From a virus: 64,000 bases of DNA. The translations under genes were made by a program, and so were the position numbers. Positions 18,187 through 28,549 of the stretch are shown here, in pieces; within the stretch, counting starts at the first letter, position 1; each line of letters opens with the position of its first letter. The DNA lies in the IMG/VR virus record IMGVR_UViG_3300030107_004423, positions 18,924 through 82,923 of that record; one strand, 5' to 3'. The notes under the pieces were generated by a model. It saw nothing but the letters and a program-made list of their open reading frames with translations, ran no database searches and was not told the origin of the DNA.

Positions 18187-21100
18187 TTCAATCTCCTTTT
18201 TAATTCATTAACTTCTTTAGATAATTCTTGCACTGCTTTAATAAGAGGCACAACTAATGCTGAATATTGTATTCCTTGTTTTCCATTTGCATCTTCTGAC
18301 CAACCACTAAAACTTGTACCACTTTTTTCTATTGTTTCTTTTACTTCTTGTGCAATTAATCCGTCCCAAACCTTTTCATCATCAAACTCATCTCTAACAC
18401 CATCTTCATATCTTTTTTCTCGTATCTCTTTATCCCAATCGGCAGGGTGTAATTTTTTATATTTTCTTGGCTTTAAATCATTTATAAAATCTAATCCTAA
18501 TGTATTATTTTCTATATCTTTTTTAATTCTTTTATCTGAATCTATAGTCCAATCTACTTGGATATTAGCATTAGCAATAGAAGCATTACCTATTTTAACA
18601 CTATTTAATGCTGTTGTTGTTGCTTGATAGCCTATACAAATTTGATTATCAGCATCTGCATCAAAAGCTACATCTGAACCAACACCTGTATTATTTGCAC
18701 CTGTAGTAATTCCATCACCTGCTTGATATCCTACCATCGTATTTTCATTGCCTGTAGTTAATGTATCTAATGCTTCATCACCTATTCCAACATTTTTATC
18801 ACCTGATAAATTCATATATCCTGCTTTAGTACCAATTAAAACATTTTGATTAGCAGTACAATGTCCTGCATCAGCACCTACATTGCCTGACATAGCGTTC
18901 CAACCTAATATTACATTTTCATAACCTGTATTACTATCTGCATCATCACTTTCACCATTTCTAAAAGCTGAAGAACCTATTGCTATATTTCTACCTGCAC
19001 CACTTGCTCCTGTTGATTTGTATCTTCCTGCTTGATAGCCAATATATACATTATCATTTGATGTAGTGTTTTCATATCCTGCTGTATATCCTAAAAAGAA
19101 ATTATATTGCCCTGTTGTATTTTTATAACCTGCATCAGAACCTATACCTGTATTAAAACTTGCTGTAGATGTGTACAATGCTCTGCGACCCATTGCTACA
19201 TTGTAGCCACCTGTTACATTAGTACTTAACGATTTTGGACCAACTGCTGTATTGTAATTTCCTGTAGTGATATTTTGCCCTGCCTCATCTCCTACTAATG
19301 TATTACCTACACCATATGTTAAATCAACACCTGCATTATATCCGATTGCTACTTGTCTATCTGTTTCGCTTAATGTAGCATTTACTACTACTACTGCTGT
19401 ATTTGATGTACCTGCGTGTGGGTCTGTAAATGTTAATTCATCATCTGATTTATATCCGTACCCTGCTGTATTAACTGTAAATGTAGGATTTCCTGAACCA
19501 TCAGTTTCTATATCAAATGTTGCTCCTGTTCCATTTACCGAATCATCACTTGTTGCTGGTATATTTGTATGTGATTGACCTGGTTCCCAAGCATCTGATG
19601 GTGTTGGAGTGGTATCATCTACTGTACTTATTCCACCACTTACTCTTAAATTTTTAAATGCTCCTACTCCTATAGCAACACAACCTGTTTGACCACTATA
19701 AGAACCCATAGCATTACCTATAGCTACTACATTACTTGCATTAAATACATTACTACCAGCACCACTACCAATCATGGTATTTAAATTACCTAATACATTT
19801 CCACCTGCACCTGCACCTATTAAAGTATTTTGTTTAGCAGTAGTCATATCAGTACCTGCATAAGCACCAATTACAGTATTGTTGTATGATGATGCTGATG
19901 TTCCAAGTATTAATGTATCTGAAGAAGCTATATAATTACTTAAACTATATAATGCTCTATATCCAATAGCAATATTTCTTTCACCTGAATATGCAGCCAT
20001 TCCACCACCATCACCATAACCTCTTAATCTATTAGCACCCTTACCTGCACCAAGCGTTTCGTAACCTAATGCAATGTTATTATTAGCAGTTGTTACATAT
20101 TTACCTGCTGATTGACCAAGAAAAAATGAAAATTGCGTAGACGTAGCACTTTCACCTGCACTATTACCTATACATACATTATACCCACTTCCATCATAAT
20201 TTTGAAGTTTTAATGAGTTTTTTCCAATCGCTATATTATCACTACCTGTATCTTCTGTCTTTAGTGCTTCATATCCTATAGCAATATTATTTGAACCTGT
20301 TAAATTTTTACTTAATGTACTACTTCCAATCCCTATATTTTTTTCTGCTGTAAAATTAACAGCCGATTCAGAACCTGTAGCAAAATTATCTCCCATTGAT
20401 TTGTAACCAAAAGCAATATTATCTGATGCGCTTAATGTAGCTGAAGCATAATTAGTAGCTTCGTGATAAGTTCCATTGACAAAAGCATAAGCACCCATAG
20501 CAATATTATAATTACCTGTCTTGTGATTTTGACCTGCAAAAGTACCACAATAAAAATTATCTGCACCTGTTGTTGTGCTTCTACCTGCTTGGCTACCAAG
20601 CGCTGTATTTCTATTCCCTGTAGTTAAATCATTTAAAGCATAATTACCTATAGCAGTGCAATTCATATAATTAGAAGCAGTTGTTCCATATAATGAACCG
20701 TGTCCTATACTTATATTTCCTCTATTACTTGAGCCTGTATTATCTCCTAAAGTGCCATAATTATATCCTGCACTATTGCCTATATGTATATAATCTGCTG
20801 AATAGTTACCATATGCAGTTTGCCAACCTACTGCTACAGTTCCACGAGCATTTAAAGCATTCCTACCTGCTTCATATCCTAATGCTGTCGATTTAAAAGG
20901 CACTCCATCTCCTTTTGTGTTGCTATGCCCTTTTAATGAATAATAGCCTACTGCTGTATTACTATGCCCTGTTGTTGTAGTGTCGCCTGAATATGCTCCT
21001 ATATATGTATTTCCATCTGCTGTTGTTATTTCTTCACCTGAATATGCCCCTAAAAATACATTTTTTTCCCCTGTAGATAAAGAAGTCCCTGAATAAGAAC

Positions 21101-23651
21101 CAACAGCAACATTTTTATCTGCTGTAAATGCTGTAGATGTTCCAACATTATCAGAATGTCCTAAACTTTTATATCCAACAGCCACATTATCAGATGCATC
21201 ATTATCTGCCCAACCTACACTACCATCTCCATTAGGGTCTTCTGTATTATAGCCACCTCTCATTGCTTCGTTGCCTATAATTGTATTTCTTGCACCACCT
21301 CCTAAATATGCTCCTGCAAAATATCCTATACCTGTACTTGTTGCTCCTGACCTATATAAAGCATAATTACCTATAGCAGTACCACCTGTTTGTGTTGTTA
21401 TAGCACCTAATGCAGATTTACCAATACACATATTACCAGAACCTGAAGTGATTAATGCTCCTGCTCCTGCTCCTAATGCTACATTTTGTGAGCCACTTGA
21501 TATATCTCCTAATGCAACCTTACCAATAGCTGTATTTTCTCCACCTGTAAATGCACTTGAATTTGCAGTTCCCATAGCACTGTACCCTAAAGCTACATTA
21601 CCACTGCAATTATTATCTCCATAACTATTAGCACTTGTTCCGTTTCTACCTGCTCTTGCACCTACAAAAACATTATATCCTAATTGTGAAGCACCTGAAT
21701 ATCCCCAAGTTTCTCCTGCTTTATCTCCAATAAAAACATTCCAACCTGTATTTGAACCACCTCTTACTTGATATCCTGCTTGATATCCAATAGCTACTGT
21801 ACCATAATCACTTCGACTTGCAGTCATATTTACTAAAGATTCATACCCTATTGATACATTTCTTGAACCTGTTAAATTTTCACTTAATGCTTTAGTACCT
21901 ATAGCAACATTCTTTTCTCCTGTAAAATTAGCTACATCATCTCCATAATTATGTCCCATTGCATAATGACCAATAGCAATATTATCTTCGCCTGTATTAT
22001 TACCTTTATCATCTGATTCACCATTTATTAAAGCATAATTTCCTATAGATATATTCCAATCTGATGCAGTTCTATATCTACCTGATACATAGCCAATAGC
22101 AATATTATCATCTCCTGATTGCATATCTATCATAGAATGAGTACCAATAGCTGTACATCTATGAGCATCTTGAATATGTTGCATAGATGTATTTCCAATA
22201 GCTATGCTGTTTTGTGCTGTAAAATTAGTTTCACCTTGCCCTTGCATAGAAGCATAACCAATAGCTACATTTTGATATCCTGTATTATTAGCAGGTGCTG
22301 TACTATGTCCGTGTGTCATAGAAAATACACCAATAGCTACATTATATGAGCCAAGATTTATATCACTTGTTCTATCTGCACCACCTAAATATCTACCTGC
22401 TTGTTTCCCTAAAAAGAAATTAGCATCTCCATATTGACATTGATATCCTGCTTGATATCCTATTGCTACATTACCAAATGTTTGCTGATTATTTCCTGAC
22501 GACTCTGTACCTGCATCAAGCAATGCTTGATAACCTATAGCAACATTAGAATTAGAATATCTATTGTCTTTTAATGTTTCATAGCCTAAAGCCATATTAT
22601 AACTTGCAGTGATTGCATTTAATAATGATGATTGACCTATAGCTACATTACTTGTGCCTGTAATAAAAGCATTCACACCTTGCGAATTATCAGAATCATA
22701 TAATGCCTTTTGGTAACCATACATAGCTTGGTCGCCAATAGCTACATTACTACCTGCTCCTCTTAAATTTCCTAATGTTTGAAATCCTATAGCTACATTT
22801 TTATCATCAGCACCATCATTAGCATTCATCAATGCACCCCTACCAATAGCTACATTTCGTTCAGGGTCTGTATCTCCTGTCATTACAGAATGCATAGCTT
22901 GATAGCCTATTATTACGCTACTTTGTCTTGCTAAAGAAATATTATTATATTGACCTAATTCTAAATATTGATTTCCTGATACTCCGTGTACAGTTAATGC
23001 TACATTTGCAGTATTTTTATCTCTTAAATAAATAGAATTTGCACCAATACCAAATTGCCAAGTATCATATGTATCTCTTGCTATTTCAAATGGTCTTGCT
23101 AAACTCGATGTTCCACTTATCTGTACTTCGCCATCTTCATATACTATAAGCCTATTATTTCCACCACTCATTAATGTTAATTGTATAGCATTGCCTGATG
23201 TATAATCAGTTAAATTAATTCTACCTCTTGATGTTGCATTAGCAAATATACTTACATTGACTGCTTGTGCATCACCTGTAAATGCTAAATTTTGATAATC
23301 ACCACCAGCAGCTTTTGATATAGCAACAGATCCTCCAAATGTAGTTGTGTTAGTACTTGGGTCCATTGCCATAAGTACACTTGAAGTTAATGCAGAACCA
23401 TTAGATATTTTTAATATATCTGAATCACTATTATCTACACCTACAGACCAAGATTCATCAGCTGTTTTCATTTCAATAGCTGCATCACCAGAACCTGTTT
23501 GTTCTACTTTTAGGGAGGGTACAGTACTATCATTAGACTTTAATACATCTAATATATAATCTGTATCTACAGCTGTTTTACCAACAGCAATAGCCTTCTG
23601 TCCACTTACGGGACTAGGAGTGCTTATAAATCCGCCACCAATTAACGCCAT
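18183..23651 (-). CDS. long tail fibre with N(V/T)AIG repeats and C-terminal intramolecular chaperone (peptidase S74)
   Basis: dozens of ~14 aa NxAIGxxA repeats (YadA/Hep_Hag-like beta-roll); SDKRIKKDI..GLIAQEV..LIKAVQEL S74 signature. Confidence 0.9.
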   Translation of the reverse strand: MALIGGGFISTPSPVSGQKAIAVGKTAVDTDYILDVLKSNDSTVPSLKVEQTGSGDAAIEMKTADESWSVGVDNSDSDILKISNGSALTSSVLMAMDPSTNTTTFGGSVAISKAAGGDYQNLAFTGDAQAVNVSIFANATSRGRINLTDYTSGNAIQLTLMSGGNNRLIVYEDGEVQISGTSSLARPFEIARDTYDTWQFGIGANSIYLRDKNTANVALTVHGVSGNQYLELGQYNNISLARQSSVIIGYQAMHSVMTGDTDPERNVAIGRGALMNANDGADDKNVAIGFQTLGNLRGAGSNVAIGDQAMYGYQKALYDSDNSQGVNAFITGTSNVAIGQSSLLNAITASYNMALGYETLKDNRYSNSNVAIGYQALLDAGTESSGNNQQTFGNVAIGYQAGYQCQYGDANFFLGKQAGRYLGGADRTSDINLGSYNVAIGVFSMTHGHSTAPANNTGYQNVAIGYASMQGQGETNFTAQNSIAIGNTSMQHIQDAHRCTAIGTHSMIDMQSGDDNIAIGYVSGRYRTASDWNISIGNYALINGESDDKGNNTGEDNIAIGHYAMGHNYGDDVANFTGEKNVAIGTKALSENLTGSRNVSIGYESLVNMTASRSDYGTVAIGYQAGYQVRGGSNTGWNVFIGDKAGETWGYSGASQLGYNVFVGARAGRNGTSANSYGDNNCSGNVALGYSAMGTANSSAFTGGENTAIGKVALGDISSGSQNVALGAGAGALITSGSGNMCIGKSALGAITTQTGGTAIGNYALYRSGATSTGIGYFAGAYLGGGARNTIIGNEAMRGGYNTEDPNGDGSVGWADNDASDNVAVGYKSLGHSDNVGTSTAFTADKNVAVGSYSGTSLSTGEKNVFLGAYSGEEITTADGNTYIGAYSGDTTTTGHSNTAVGYYSLKGHSNTKGDGVPFKSTALGYEAGRNALNARGTVAVGWQTAYGNYSADYIHIGNSAGYNYGTLGDNTGSSNRGNISIGHGSLYGTTASNYMNCTAIGNYALNDLTTGNRNTALGSQAGRSTTTGADNFYCGTFAGQNHKTGNYNIAMGAYAFVNGTYHEATNYASATLSASDNIAFGYKSMGDNFATGSESAVNFTAEKNIGIGSSTLSKNLTGSNNIAIGYEALKTEDTGSDNIAIGKNSLKLQNYDGSGYNVCIGNSAGESATSTQFSFFLGQSAGKYVTTANNNIALGYETLGAGKGANRLRGYGDGGGMAAYSGERNIAIGYRALYSLSNYIASSDTLILGTSASSYNNTVIGAYAGTDMTTAKQNTLIGAGAGGNVLGNLNTMIGSGAGSNVFNASNVVAIGNAMGSYSGQTGCVAIGVGAFKNLRVSGGISTVDDTTPTPSDAWEPGQSHTNIPATSDDSVNGTGATFDIETDGSGNPTFTVNTAGYGYKSDDELTFTDPHAGTSNTAVVVVNATLSETDRQVAIGYNAGVDLTYGVGNTLVGDEAGQNITTGNYNTAVGPKSLSTNVTGGYNVAMGRRALYTSTASFNTGIGSDAGYKNTTGQYNFFLGYTAGYENTTSNDNVYIGYQAGRYKSTGASGAGRNIAIGSSAFRNGESDDADSNTGYENVILGWNAMSGNVGADAGHCTANQNVLIGTKAGYMNLSGDKNVGIGDEALDTLTTGNENTMVGYQAGDGITTGANNTGVGSDVAFDADADNQICIGYQATTTALNSVKIGNASIANANIQVDWTIDSDKRIKKDIENNTLGLDFINDLKPRKYKKLHPADWDKEIREKRYEDGVRDEFDDEKVWDGLIAQEVKETIEKSGTSFSGWSEDANGKQGIQYSALVVPLIKAVQELSKEVNELKRRLK

Positions 23652-23660
23652 ATTATTCCT

Positions 23661-23990
23661 TTAACAAAGTATCATTCGCACAGTAGCATTGGTAGAGCCA
23701 TCTCTTCTCCAATGCAAATAAATAGTCTTACCCAATCCTTTAGGTATTTTCATAGATGATATACCTAATGGTATCTTTAAATCATTAGTATCACTGCAAT
23801 TAGTAGTAGCTTGATTGTCAAATAATATATCTATAGGAGATGAAGCATCTATTATTGCTATATGATGATTAGAAACATCTACATGTTGTGTAGTAGTATC
23901 TGTAGTAGTAACTGCTGTTTGTACATCCCATATAGCTGAAGTATCTACATTAACTGCTTCTTGTGTTGAATATTTTCCAAGTACACTCAT
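23661..23990 (-). CDS. small structural protein
   Basis: 109 aa, beta-rich; KYSTQE N-terminal motif shared with 24476..24775. Confidence 0.6.
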   Translation of the reverse strand: MSVLGKYSTQEAVNVDTSAIWDVQTAVTTTDTTTQHVDVSNHHIAIIDASSPIDILFDNQATTNCSDTNDLKIPLGISSMKIPKGLGKTIYLHWRRDGSTNATVRMILC

Positions 23991-23999
23991 TAATACTCC

Positions 24000-24473
24000 T
24001 TATTGTAATATATGTATATAACAATTAGTAAATCCTGTTATAGTAGTATCTTTGTCTCCTGAAAATATATCTCTGATTACTAATCTAGTAAATGCAGTAT
24101 TTGCAGCTGCCATATGATAGGCACCTACTGTATTTCCAGAATCAGTATATACAGTTAAAACACTATTAGTTCCTCCGCCATCTGTTTGAGATGATAAAAA
24201 TACTCCAATATTTCCACCAGACTCTATTGAATTTATATTAAAATCATAAGTAACTACAATTTGCTCTGCATGACTTGGTATTGTAAATGCATCTGAATAT
24301 ACCATCCAATCATCATCATTATCGATAACATCCCAACCTAATCCTCCACTAACTTCAGAAAATGTATCTACATCGCTTTGACTCCAACTTGAAAAAGCTG
24401 TAAGATCTATAGTATTGATAAGTTTAAATGGAGTATTTCTTTGATTAATTGCGCTACTACTTAATCCTAACAT
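24000..24473 (-). CDS. putative structural protein
   Basis: 157 aa, MLGL start, beta-rich. Confidence 0.55.
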   Translation of the reverse strand: MLGLSSSAINQRNTPFKLINTIDLTAFSSWSQSDVDTFSEVSGGLGWDVIDNDDDWMVYSDAFTIPSHAEQIVVTYDFNINSIESGGNIGVFLSSQTDGGGTNSVLTVYTDSGNTVGAYHMAAANTAFTRLVIRDIFSGDKDTTITGFTNCYIHILQ

Positions 24474-24475
24474 AA

Positions 24476-24775
24476 TTAACCTCTATATACTATTGCTGCA
24501 TCACCACTTCCAACAGTAACTCCAGACCATCTACCATATATAGTAACTCCTGCTGGAACTTCTATTGTACTGCATGTATCCCAATAATCTGTATCTTCCG
24601 ATGTTAAAGTTAAAGTTGCAGCACCAACTCCAGATGTAGTTCCAAGACTAGTAACTGCTATATATGTATTAGCATTTACAGTAGCATTAGTTACATAATC
24701 GTAACCTGATTGACCTAGACCTATGTTTTGAGATTCTTGTACAGTATACTTCTGCATACCTTTTGCGTAAGCCAT
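24476..24775 (-). CDS. small structural protein
   Basis: 99 aa; KYTVQE N-terminus and PAGVTIYGRW..V.SG..IVY C-terminus. Confidence 0.65.
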   Translation of the reverse strand: MAYAKGMQKYTVQESQNIGLGQSGYDYVTNATVNANTYIAVTSLGTTSGVGAATLTLTSEDTDYWDTCSTIEVPAGVTIYGRWSGVTVGSGDAAIVYRG

Positions 24776-24786
24776 ATTATCCTCCT

Positions 24787-24817
24787 GCCCTAAGCACTGG
24801 CTGTGCGTGAATGGGCT
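24787..24817 (-). promoter_or_regulatory. structured leader directly upstream of RBS
   Basis: GCCCATTCACGCACAGCCAGTGCTTAGGGC (GCCC/GGGC and GCAC/GTGC stems) followed by AGGAGG. Confidence 0.5.
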
Positions 24818-24833
24818 TGTTTGTTGTTATTAA

Positions 24834-25310
24834 CTATACCTTTAAAAACTGTAAAGGTTTTCTAAATTCTTCTAAAGTCATATCTTTATTAAAAGATTTA
24901 AACTTGCCTGACTTAATTAAATCTATAGCTATCTTATTATTCCATATACTAGTAGCTTTTGCTTCATCATCATCCCATGGAATATTTTCACTATCTTTTT
25001 TATGGTACTCTTCTAACCAATTAGCTAGCTTAGGACCAAATACATTATACAGCTCTAATAATCCATAATAGGATTTAAGAGCTTCTTTCTCTCCTTCAGG
25101 CATACTATCATATAATTTAAGATGATCTTCTACATCCTTTACAGGATCCATCTCCATCATCTTGTCATTTAAAAATGCAAGCAATGCTTGACTTGAATCT
25201 TTTTCTTCAGCTACAGGTTCTTCTTTAACTTCTTCTTTAAATATATCTAAGTCCATATCATCTTTAGTAGCTTCATTCATTTGATTAAATGCAGATACAT
25301 TTGCGTCCAT
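24834..25310 (-). CDS. hypothetical acidic protein
   Basis: 158 aa ORF in co-oriented block. Confidence 0.6.
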   Translation of the reverse strand: MDANVSAFNQMNEATKDDMDLDIFKEEVKEEPVAEEKDSSQALLAFLNDKMMEMDPVKDVEDHLKLYDSMPEGEKEALKSYYGLLELYNVFGPKLANWLEEYHKKDSENIPWDDDEAKATSIWNNKIAIDLIKSGKFKSFNKDMTLEEFRKPLQFLKV

Positions 25311-25314
25311 TTAT

Positions 25315-26076
25315 TTAATATCCTGCTTCTTCTATTTCTGGTAATAAAAAAGGAGCTGCTCTGCCTAACCTTTTATTAGGATTTAATTGCTCTGCAATTT
25401 TTTGAGGAAACGGTTTAAGTGGATTTAATTGCTCTGCAATTTCTTGAGGAAATGGTTTAAGTTTTCCAAGATCTTTTATATTTGGAACTCTGCCTATTGT
25501 TTCAACCCATTGATTTCTTAACAGTTCTGTTTCTATTATATCTGCCTCTCTTCTAAGATTTTCAATATCTTTATATTTACCCGCCAAAGGACTTCTAAGG
25601 CTTCCTGGTCTTCCAAAAGCATCTGACATCCTACCTTTATTTGTCATTTCTATAGCTAAATCATCAGCTTTTTTTAGTCTATCTAAATAAGATTTTTGCA
25701 TCATCCCAACTTCTTTTTTACTATATAAAGCAGGCTTTTTAGACATTCCAGTTGCCATTTTCATAATATCATCTTTAGACATTTTTTGAGCTACAGGCAA
25801 ATATGATTTTAAAAGGTTTTTTATATTATTTATTTTAGTTGCTTGATTTACAGCTTTAGCAGCGCTTCCTCCTCCAGCCAAAGAAAGTATCATATTTAGA
25901 GCTTCTCCTGAATATTCTGGCATTTGTAAAGCATCATCGAATATTTCTGGGAATAATCTTCCACCTTCTGGAAACCAAGCATTATCAGATGTAGTTCCCC
26001 ATTCCCCTTGGTTATCTTCTGCTCCAGCAGTCATTTGCCCAAATGCATATTTATTTACTTCATTAGTCATTTCCAA
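25315..26076 (-). CDS. hypothetical protein with C-terminal tandem repeat
   Basis: 253 aa ORF. Confidence 0.6.
   Translation of the reverse strand: MEMTNEVNKYAFGQMTAGAEDNQGEWGTTSDNAWFPEGGRLFPEIFDDALQMPEYSGEALNMILSLAGGGSAAKAVNQATKINNIKNLLKSYLPVAQKMSKDDIMKMATGMSKKPALYSKKEVGMMQKSYLDRLKKADDLAIEMTNKGRMSDAFGRPGSLRSPLAGKYKDIENLRREADIIETELLRNQWVETIGRVPNIKDLGKLKPFPQEIAEQLNPLKPFPQKIAEQLNPNKRLGRAAPFLLPEIEEAGY
25379..25462. repeat. 2 x 42 bp in-frame tandem repeat
   Basis: GGATTTAATTGCTCTGCAATTT(T/C)TTGAGGAAA(C/T)GGTTTAAGT twice; encodes LKPFPQ(E/K)IAEQLNP. Confidence 0.95.
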
Positions 26077-26084
26077 CTCCCTAT

Positions 26085-26687
26085 CTATTTTTTTCTATTA
26101 GGAACATTATGTAAAAATTCAATTATATCTCTTTCTTTAATTTTTAATGCATCTGCAGGATTTTCTGTTCCTAACACTCTTTTAGCAAAATCCTTTCTTG
26201 CTTGACTTTCCTTTTTTAGTCGTTCATCTATTTCTTTTTTTCTAAGATTAGCATCTGAGATAGTATATATAATCTGCATAATATTATCTTGTGCTTGATA
26301 TCCCTCTTCCCTAGCTTTGTATAAATAATCGTCTAAATCTTTAGCTAAAGTTGCGTACATCATATCACCAACATTAGCTTTTTTAGCTCTATCTACAGCT
26401 TTTTTATCTTTAATATCATAATAATCATCAGATTCAGAATCCCAATAATCTTTAAGAAGACTTTGAGTTGTAGCAGAGCCTTCTCCATAATCTTGTCTAT
26501 ATCTATCAGTAGCTAATTGATTTGCACCTACTCCCCAACCCATTAAATCTAAAAATCTTTCGTCATATTTAGGATATCCAGGTATTTTGTCTATTTCCAT
26601 ATCTAAGGGATAACCATGTTTCATGTTAAATAATCGTGACTCTAACGATTCTTTATTATTTTTATACTCATCATAATCATTAGCCAT
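26085..26687 (-). CDS. hypothetical protein
   Basis: 200 aa ORF with AGGAG RBS. Confidence 0.6.
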   Translation of the reverse strand: MANDYDEYKNNKESLESRLFNMKHGYPLDMEIDKIPGYPKYDERFLDLMGWGVGANQLATDRYRQDYGEGSATTQSLLKDYWDSESDDYYDIKDKKAVDRAKKANVGDMMYATLAKDLDDYLYKAREEGYQAQDNIMQIIYTISDANLRKKEIDERLKKESQARKDFAKRVLGTENPADALKIKERDIIEFLHNVPNRKK

Positions 26688-27417
26688 TTCCTAACTCCTT
26701 TGGTCTTTCTGCCGCTTCTAGAGTATCATCTGAAAAACCCTTAAATACAGCACCTGTTAATTGAGTAACTTGCGTCTTATTCTTATCTTCCATATCCATA
26801 ATATCAGCAAGCTTAAATAAAGCTTTCAACTTAGTATCATCCTTAGCCTCTTCTTTATCTATTACTCCCTTTATCTCTCTTAGTATATAACCTTCGTCTA
26901 TACCTAATTCTTCCATATGGGGTTTTAATTCTTCTTTCATACTACTTAATATCCTCGTTGTTTTCATTAATTTAGTGGCCTTCATACCTGCATAATGTGG
27001 ATCATTAGTAGGAAAAGCCTCTAAATAAGCTTTCTTTGGATCCATACCTTTACTCACATATTGCACAAATAAGGCCTCTTTACCAGATAAGGTCTGTCTT
27101 TTCTCTACTCTTTCATTACGTTCTAGGTTTCCACCTATACTATATATATTTACTCTTTTAGAGCTATCCAGCTTCTTCTTATCTGATACTATAAATGTCC
27201 CAGTACATGTCCCTATATAATGGACACACCTATCAGCACCACGTGCCTTCATCATCTTACCTTTACGTAAGATCTGAAGTACCGCACCATCATCAGCTAA
27301 CACCCAGTCACCTATAATACCATCTCTCCAATTACGTAGATAAACAAAGTCATCTGGTAATTCGTCAATGGAATCAAATACTGTGTGTTCTATTTTCCTT
27401 ATTCTGTAGTTTCTCAT
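26680..27417 (-). CDS. terS: probable terminase small subunit
   Basis: KEALFVQYV..AYLEAF..KATKLMK helix-turn-helix pattern followed by helical oligomerisation region (KLKAL.KL); near the start of the late block. Confidence 0.6.
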   Translation of the reverse strand: MRNYRIRKIEHTVFDSIDELPDDFVYLRNWRDGIIGDWVLADDGAVLQILRKGKMMKARGADRCVHYIGTCTGTFIVSDKKKLDSSKRVNIYSIGGNLERNERVEKRQTLSGKEALFVQYVSKGMDPKKAYLEAFPTNDPHYAGMKATKLMKTTRILSSMKEELKPHMEELGIDEGYILREIKGVIDKEEAKDDTKLKALFKLADIMDMEDKNKTQVTQLTGAVFKGFSDDTLEAAERPKELGNG

Positions 27418-27448
27418 AGGCTCAAGGCCGCCAGGCCTTGGTAAATAA

Positions 27449-27628
27449 TTAAGCTAATCCCAGAATATTGCTATCAAGTTCTAATAACATTCTTGCCATC
27501 TCTTCTGGGCATAAAACATCTTTATCATCTATTGTAAATATAAGCTCTTCTTCATCAAGATATTCATCAATCTCACAACCATCTCCATTATCATCATATT
27601 TAATAGTCAGATTATATTCCTTCTTCAT
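27449..27628 (-). CDS. 59 aa highly acidic protein
   Basis: AGGAGG RBS; MKKEYNLTIKYDDNGDGCEIDEYLDEEE..; not in ORF track. Confidence 0.7.
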   Translation of the reverse strand: MKKEYNLTIKYDDNGDGCEIDEYLDEEELIFTIDDKDVLCPEEMARMLLELDSNILGLA

Positions 27629-27685
27629 AAGTCCTCCTGGATATAGTTCTCCCTGAGAGTTTCAAACTTTTAACTTTAAATTTCC

Positions 27686-27862
27686 TCTAGAGCCAGTCAT
27701 ATCTCCCTTACTCTAGATTTATATTAAAGCAGTTTTTATCGGTTATTGGGGACCCCTCAGTTAACTATATTGATAACCTACAACCCAACTTCTGACCCTA
27801 CCAGCAGAACGATTCTCACGTGTACCTTAAGGGTGATAACTATATTTCAATAATTACCGATG
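27686..27862 (-). ncRNA. putative structured ncRNA / 5' leader of the late transcript
   Basis: closing stem 27738-27748/27848-27861, internal hairpins, second stem 27686-27717; begins just downstream of a promoter-like motif. Confidence 0.5.
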
Positions 27863-27864
27863 CG

Positions 27865-27897
27865 ATAATATAATCTTTGATATTGGTATTTTACAAA
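27865..27897 (-). promoter_or_regulatory. putative promoter TTTG-N20-TTATATTAT
   Basis: same motif at 31202 and 32977 on + strand. Confidence 0.5.
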
Positions 27898-28062
27898 TGA
27901 TATTTTTGGAATTGTAATAAAGGTTTTAAAAAATGTGGCATTTTGGTGTGTGGTCTTTTATATAGAGGTACCCCCTTATCAGGGGTTTTTCGTTATCACG
28001 ATTTCGTTATTTTTCATTTGTATTTTTTTTGATTAATTAATTCATAAGAATAAGGAGAGCCA

Positions 28063-28344
28063 ATGGCACTAGAAAATGAAGTAGAAGTTGTAGAAGATAA
28101 CAAGTATGCTAATGCTTTAGATAGTCAGCTGCATAGAGAGTATGATGATGGTAAGGCTGAGTATAAGCAAGCTATTAAGTTATGTCATAGTAAAGCAGAA
28201 CGTAGAAGAGTTACTAATCTATACATGGAAGACTTGATGGATCTAGCAATAGATGCACAAGAAGAGCAAGATTGGGAACTTAGAGCTACTATTAATCTAA
28301 GGATTAAAGCTTTACAACGTAGGGTTTATGCTGGTAATAGGTAA
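28063..28344 (+). CDS. hypothetical early protein
   Basis: TAAGGAG RBS; first gene after strand switch. Confidence 0.7.
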   Translation: MALENEVEVVEDNKYANALDSQLHREYDDGKAEYKQAIKLCHSKAERRRVTNLYMEDLMDLAIDAQEEQDWELRATINLRIKALQRRVYAGNR

Positions 28345-28347
28345 TGG

Positions 28348-28378
28348 TATAGGGGAATATTCATTTATTCCCTTTATA
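28348..28378 (+). terminator. hairpin terminator-like element
   Basis: TATAGGGGAATA..TATTCCCTTTATA. Confidence 0.5.
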
Positions 28379-28549
28379 CTTCTTATTCATATGGTTAGCG
28401 TGGACATGATAATGACGCACACATTAGTTATTATTACACCAACTTATACCACACATATACACATTAATAAGCACTTCCATGCAATTATCTTAGGCAACCA
28501 ATAAGAACATAAAAAGATAGCCATTAATAATAAGATAAGGAGATGTAAT

